Both the position numbers and the translations under genes were made by a program. Below the pieces are notes generated by a model. It saw only the letters and a program-made list of their open reading frames with translations. It searched no databases and was not told the origin of the DNA. From Blastocatellia bacterium (GTDB lineage: Bacteria > Acidobacteriota > Blastocatellia > UBA7656), in NCBI GenBank assembly GCA_963765495.1, contig CAVXWP010000001.1, positions 32,001 to 96,000 on the forward strand: a DNA stretch of 64,000 bases, in the 5' to 3' direction. Within the stretch, counting starts at the first letter, position 1. Each line of letters opens with the position of its first letter. Below are positions 61,875-64,000 of this stretch, in pieces.

Positions 61875-64000
61875 CCGAGGATCAGTTTCTCGAACTGGCT
61901 CGCCTATTGCCCGAACCCATGCTGCTTGTTTCCGGCGACGGTTACATCCGGGCGGCAAATCCTCGCGCGTATGAAATCGCGGGCCTCGACGACCGGGATT
62001 TGACGGGGAGGCGGCTTTCGGACCTGGTCGTTGACCCTCCAGAAAAAGTCGCGGATTACTTAAAGATATGTTCCAGAAACAGAGAGGCGGTTTTCGGCTC
62101 GCTCGCCTTCGCTGCCCGCGATGATGAAGTTATCGAGTGCCGTATGGAAGGCGCGGTCGTGCGTCCCTGGTCCGAAAGCGCCCCGGCGCAGGTCTGGCTG
62201 CGGCTGAAACCAAAACAGGCGGCAGCTTCCGGCTTTACCCTGCTCAATGAAAAGATAGACCAGTTGATCCGGGAAATTGCCGAGCGTAAGCTTATGGCCG
62301 CACGCCTCCGCGAACAGACCGAAGCCGTAGAGACGGTCAATCGAATAGGCCGGGTGCTGACGGCCGAGATGGACCTTCAGAAACTTGTGCAGGCCGTCAC
62401 CGATGCGGCCACCGAGCTTACCGGCGCGCGGTTTGGTTCCTTCTTTTATAACGTCATCAATCAGGAAGGCGAATCCTACATGCTCTACACGCTTTCGGGC
62501 GTCCCGCGCGAAGCGTTCGAGCATTTTCCTATGCCGCGCGCCACGGATTTGTTTGGGCCAACCTTTCGCGGCGAGGGGACTATACGCATTGATAATGTGA
62601 AGGAAGACCCTAGATACGGCAAGAACTCGCCGTATTACGGAATGCCGCCGGGTCATCTTCCCGTGACCAGTTATCTGGCGGTCCCGGTCATCTCGCGTTC
62701 AGGCGAAGTAATAGGCGGGCTTTTCTTTGGGCACCCCAAGGTGGGAATCTTTACCGAACATCAAGAGCGCATAGTCGAAGGGCTTGCGGCGCAGACGGCC
62801 GTCGCTATGGATAATGCCCGGCTGCTTGAGTCGGCGCAGCGTGACCGGCGGCAGGCAGAGGCGAGCGAACGACACTATCGCTTTCTTGCCGAAGCAATCC
62901 CTCAGATTGTGTGGACCGCCCAGCCGGACGGCTCGCTCGATTACTACAACGACCAGTGGTACAAGTACACGGGAATGACTTTTGAAGAGACCCGGGGGTG
63001 GGGCTGGCAGCCCGTACTGCATCCCGAAGATCTGCCCATATGTCTCGACGCCTGGACCAGATCGCTTGAGACCGGCCAGGCTTATGAAATCGAGTACCGC
63101 TTCAAGCGAGCCTCAGACGGCGCTTATCGATGGCATCTCGGGCGCGCCCTGCCCCTGCGCGACCGGGAAGGGAAAATTGTAAAGTGGTTCGGAACCTGCA
63201 CCGACATAGACGACCAAAAACGATCCGAGCAATCGTTGCGCTTTCTGGCCGAAGAAAACGAGAGGCTCTATCATAAAGCGCAGGAGGCGAGCCACGCCAA
63301 GGATGAGTTTCTGGCGACCGTCTCTCATGAATTGCGAACGCCGCTAAATGCCATACTTGGCTGGAGTCAGGTGATGCAAAGAGGCCGCCTCGATCAGGCG
63401 TCTCAAGCCCGCGCGCTTGAGACCATCGAGCGCAATTCAAAGTTGCAGGCACAACTGATCAACGACATTCTCGATGTATCGCGGATCATAACGGGCAAGC
63501 TGCGCCTCGACCTTCGCCCCGTCGAACTCGCCTCTGTAATACAGGCGGCTGTTGAAACCGTGCGCCCGACGGCTGATGCCAGAAACGTGCGCCTTCAGAT
63601 AATACTCGATAACGGGCCGGGCTCCGTGCTTGGAGACCCGGACCGCCTGCAACAGATCATCTGGAATCTGCTGTCGAACGCCATCAAATTCACTCCCGCC
63701 CGGGGAAGCGTGCTGACACAGCTCGCGCGCGTCGATTCTCATATGGAGATAACCGTGAGCGATACGGGCCGGGGCATCCATCCCGATTTTTTGCCGCACG
63801 TATTCGAGCGTTTCCGCCAGGCCGACAGCACCAGTTCGAGAACGCACGGCGGCCTCGGCCTCGGGCTTGCGATTGTGCGCCATCTGGTGGAAGCGCACGG
63901 CGGAACCGTTCAGGCCGAAAGCGCGGGCGATGGGCTTGGAGCCACCTTTACAGTGAAACTGCCCCTGATGGCCGGATATGTAAAACAGGAGTCTGTTCAG
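61871..64000 (+). CDS. PAS-GAF-PAS histidine kinase (likely hybrid; 3' end outside window)
   Basis: Not in the ORF track. TTG at 61871 overlaps the MetOD1 stop; reads [20 protein letters not shown]..., GAF ([12 protein letters not shown]), PAS ([13 protein letters not shown]), H-box [14 protein letters not shown]-box [11 protein letters not shown]1 DTGRGI and G2 GGLGLGL. Confidence 0.92.
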   Translation, partial: MTEDQFLELARLLPEPMLLVSGDGYIRAANPRAYEIAGLDDRDLTGRRLSDLVVDPPEKVADYLKICSRNREAVFGSLAFAARDDEVIECRMEGAVVRPWSESAPAQVWLRLKPKQAAASGFTLLNEKIDQLIREIAERKLMAARLREQTEAVETVNRIGRVLTAEMDLQKLVQAVTDAATELTGARFGSFFYNVINQEGESYMLYTLSGVPREAFEHFPMPRATDLFGPTFRGEGTIRIDNVKEDPRYGKNSPYYGMPPGHLPVTSYLAVPVISRSGEVIGGLFFGHPKVGIFTEHQERIVEGLAAQTAVAMDNARLLESAQRDRRQAEASERHYRFLAEAIPQIVWTAQPDGSLDYYNDQWYKYTGMTFEETRGWGWQPVLHPEDLPICLDAWTRSLETGQAYEIEYRFKRASDGAYRWHLGRALPLRDREGKIVKWFGTCTDIDDQKRSEQSLRFLAEENERLYHKAQEASHAKDEFLATVSHELRTPLNAILGWSQVMQRGRLDQASQARALETIERNSKLQAQLINDILDVSRIITGKLRLDLRPVELASVIQAAVETVRPTADARNVRLQIILDNGPGSVLGDPDRLQQIIWNLLSNAIKFTPARGSVLTQLARVDSHMEITVSDTGRGIHPDFLPHVFERFRQADSTSSRTHGGLGLGLAIVRHLVEAHGGTVQAESAGDGLGATFTVKLPLMAGYVKQESVQ

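Noticed and set aside
62056-63898. Minus-strand and short plus-strand ORFs at the right end
   Set aside because: They are shadows of the histidine kinase starting at 61871.

Overview
Chromosomal segment of a moderately GC-rich bacterium. The gene content (many ECF sigma factors, an ECF plus Ser/Thr kinase pair, tandem TonB proteins, a Tat-exported vanadium haloperoxidase) suggests Acidobacteriota, but this taxonomy is inference only. Most of the window is housekeeping or metabolic: hydA plus a class III aminotransferase, csp, selA, hutH, hutU, hemL, nth, tesA, ybbAP-like ABC transporter, groES-groEL with CIRCE, pta, GH15 and glpX. No rRNA, tRNA, CRISPR array, integrase or transposase was recognised. 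Three things stand out. (1) An AT-richer block at 1-5044 encodes an atypical ECF-like sigma factor whose sigma2 is flanked by two copies of a divergent domain, a soluble zinc-finger anti-sigma, a multi-pass membrane protein, and a >769-codon membrane-anchored TPR protein with a pre-CHAT motif. The TPR ORF is missing from the ORF track and runs off the left edge; together these form a candidate protease-gated sigma signalling or defence module. (2) A ~7 kb islet splits the usually adjacent tesA/ybbAP pair and encodes an ECF43-like sigma coupled to a 1633-aa kinase-zinc ribbon-pseudo-cyclase-STAND NTPase-TPR protein. (3) Several families of dispersed intergenic palindromes are built from 7-bp (and 9-bp) tandem units; some copies share a homologous core and some supply the stop codons of neighbouring genes. 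A hybrid-type histidine kinase missing from the ORF track starts at 61871 and runs off the right edge.
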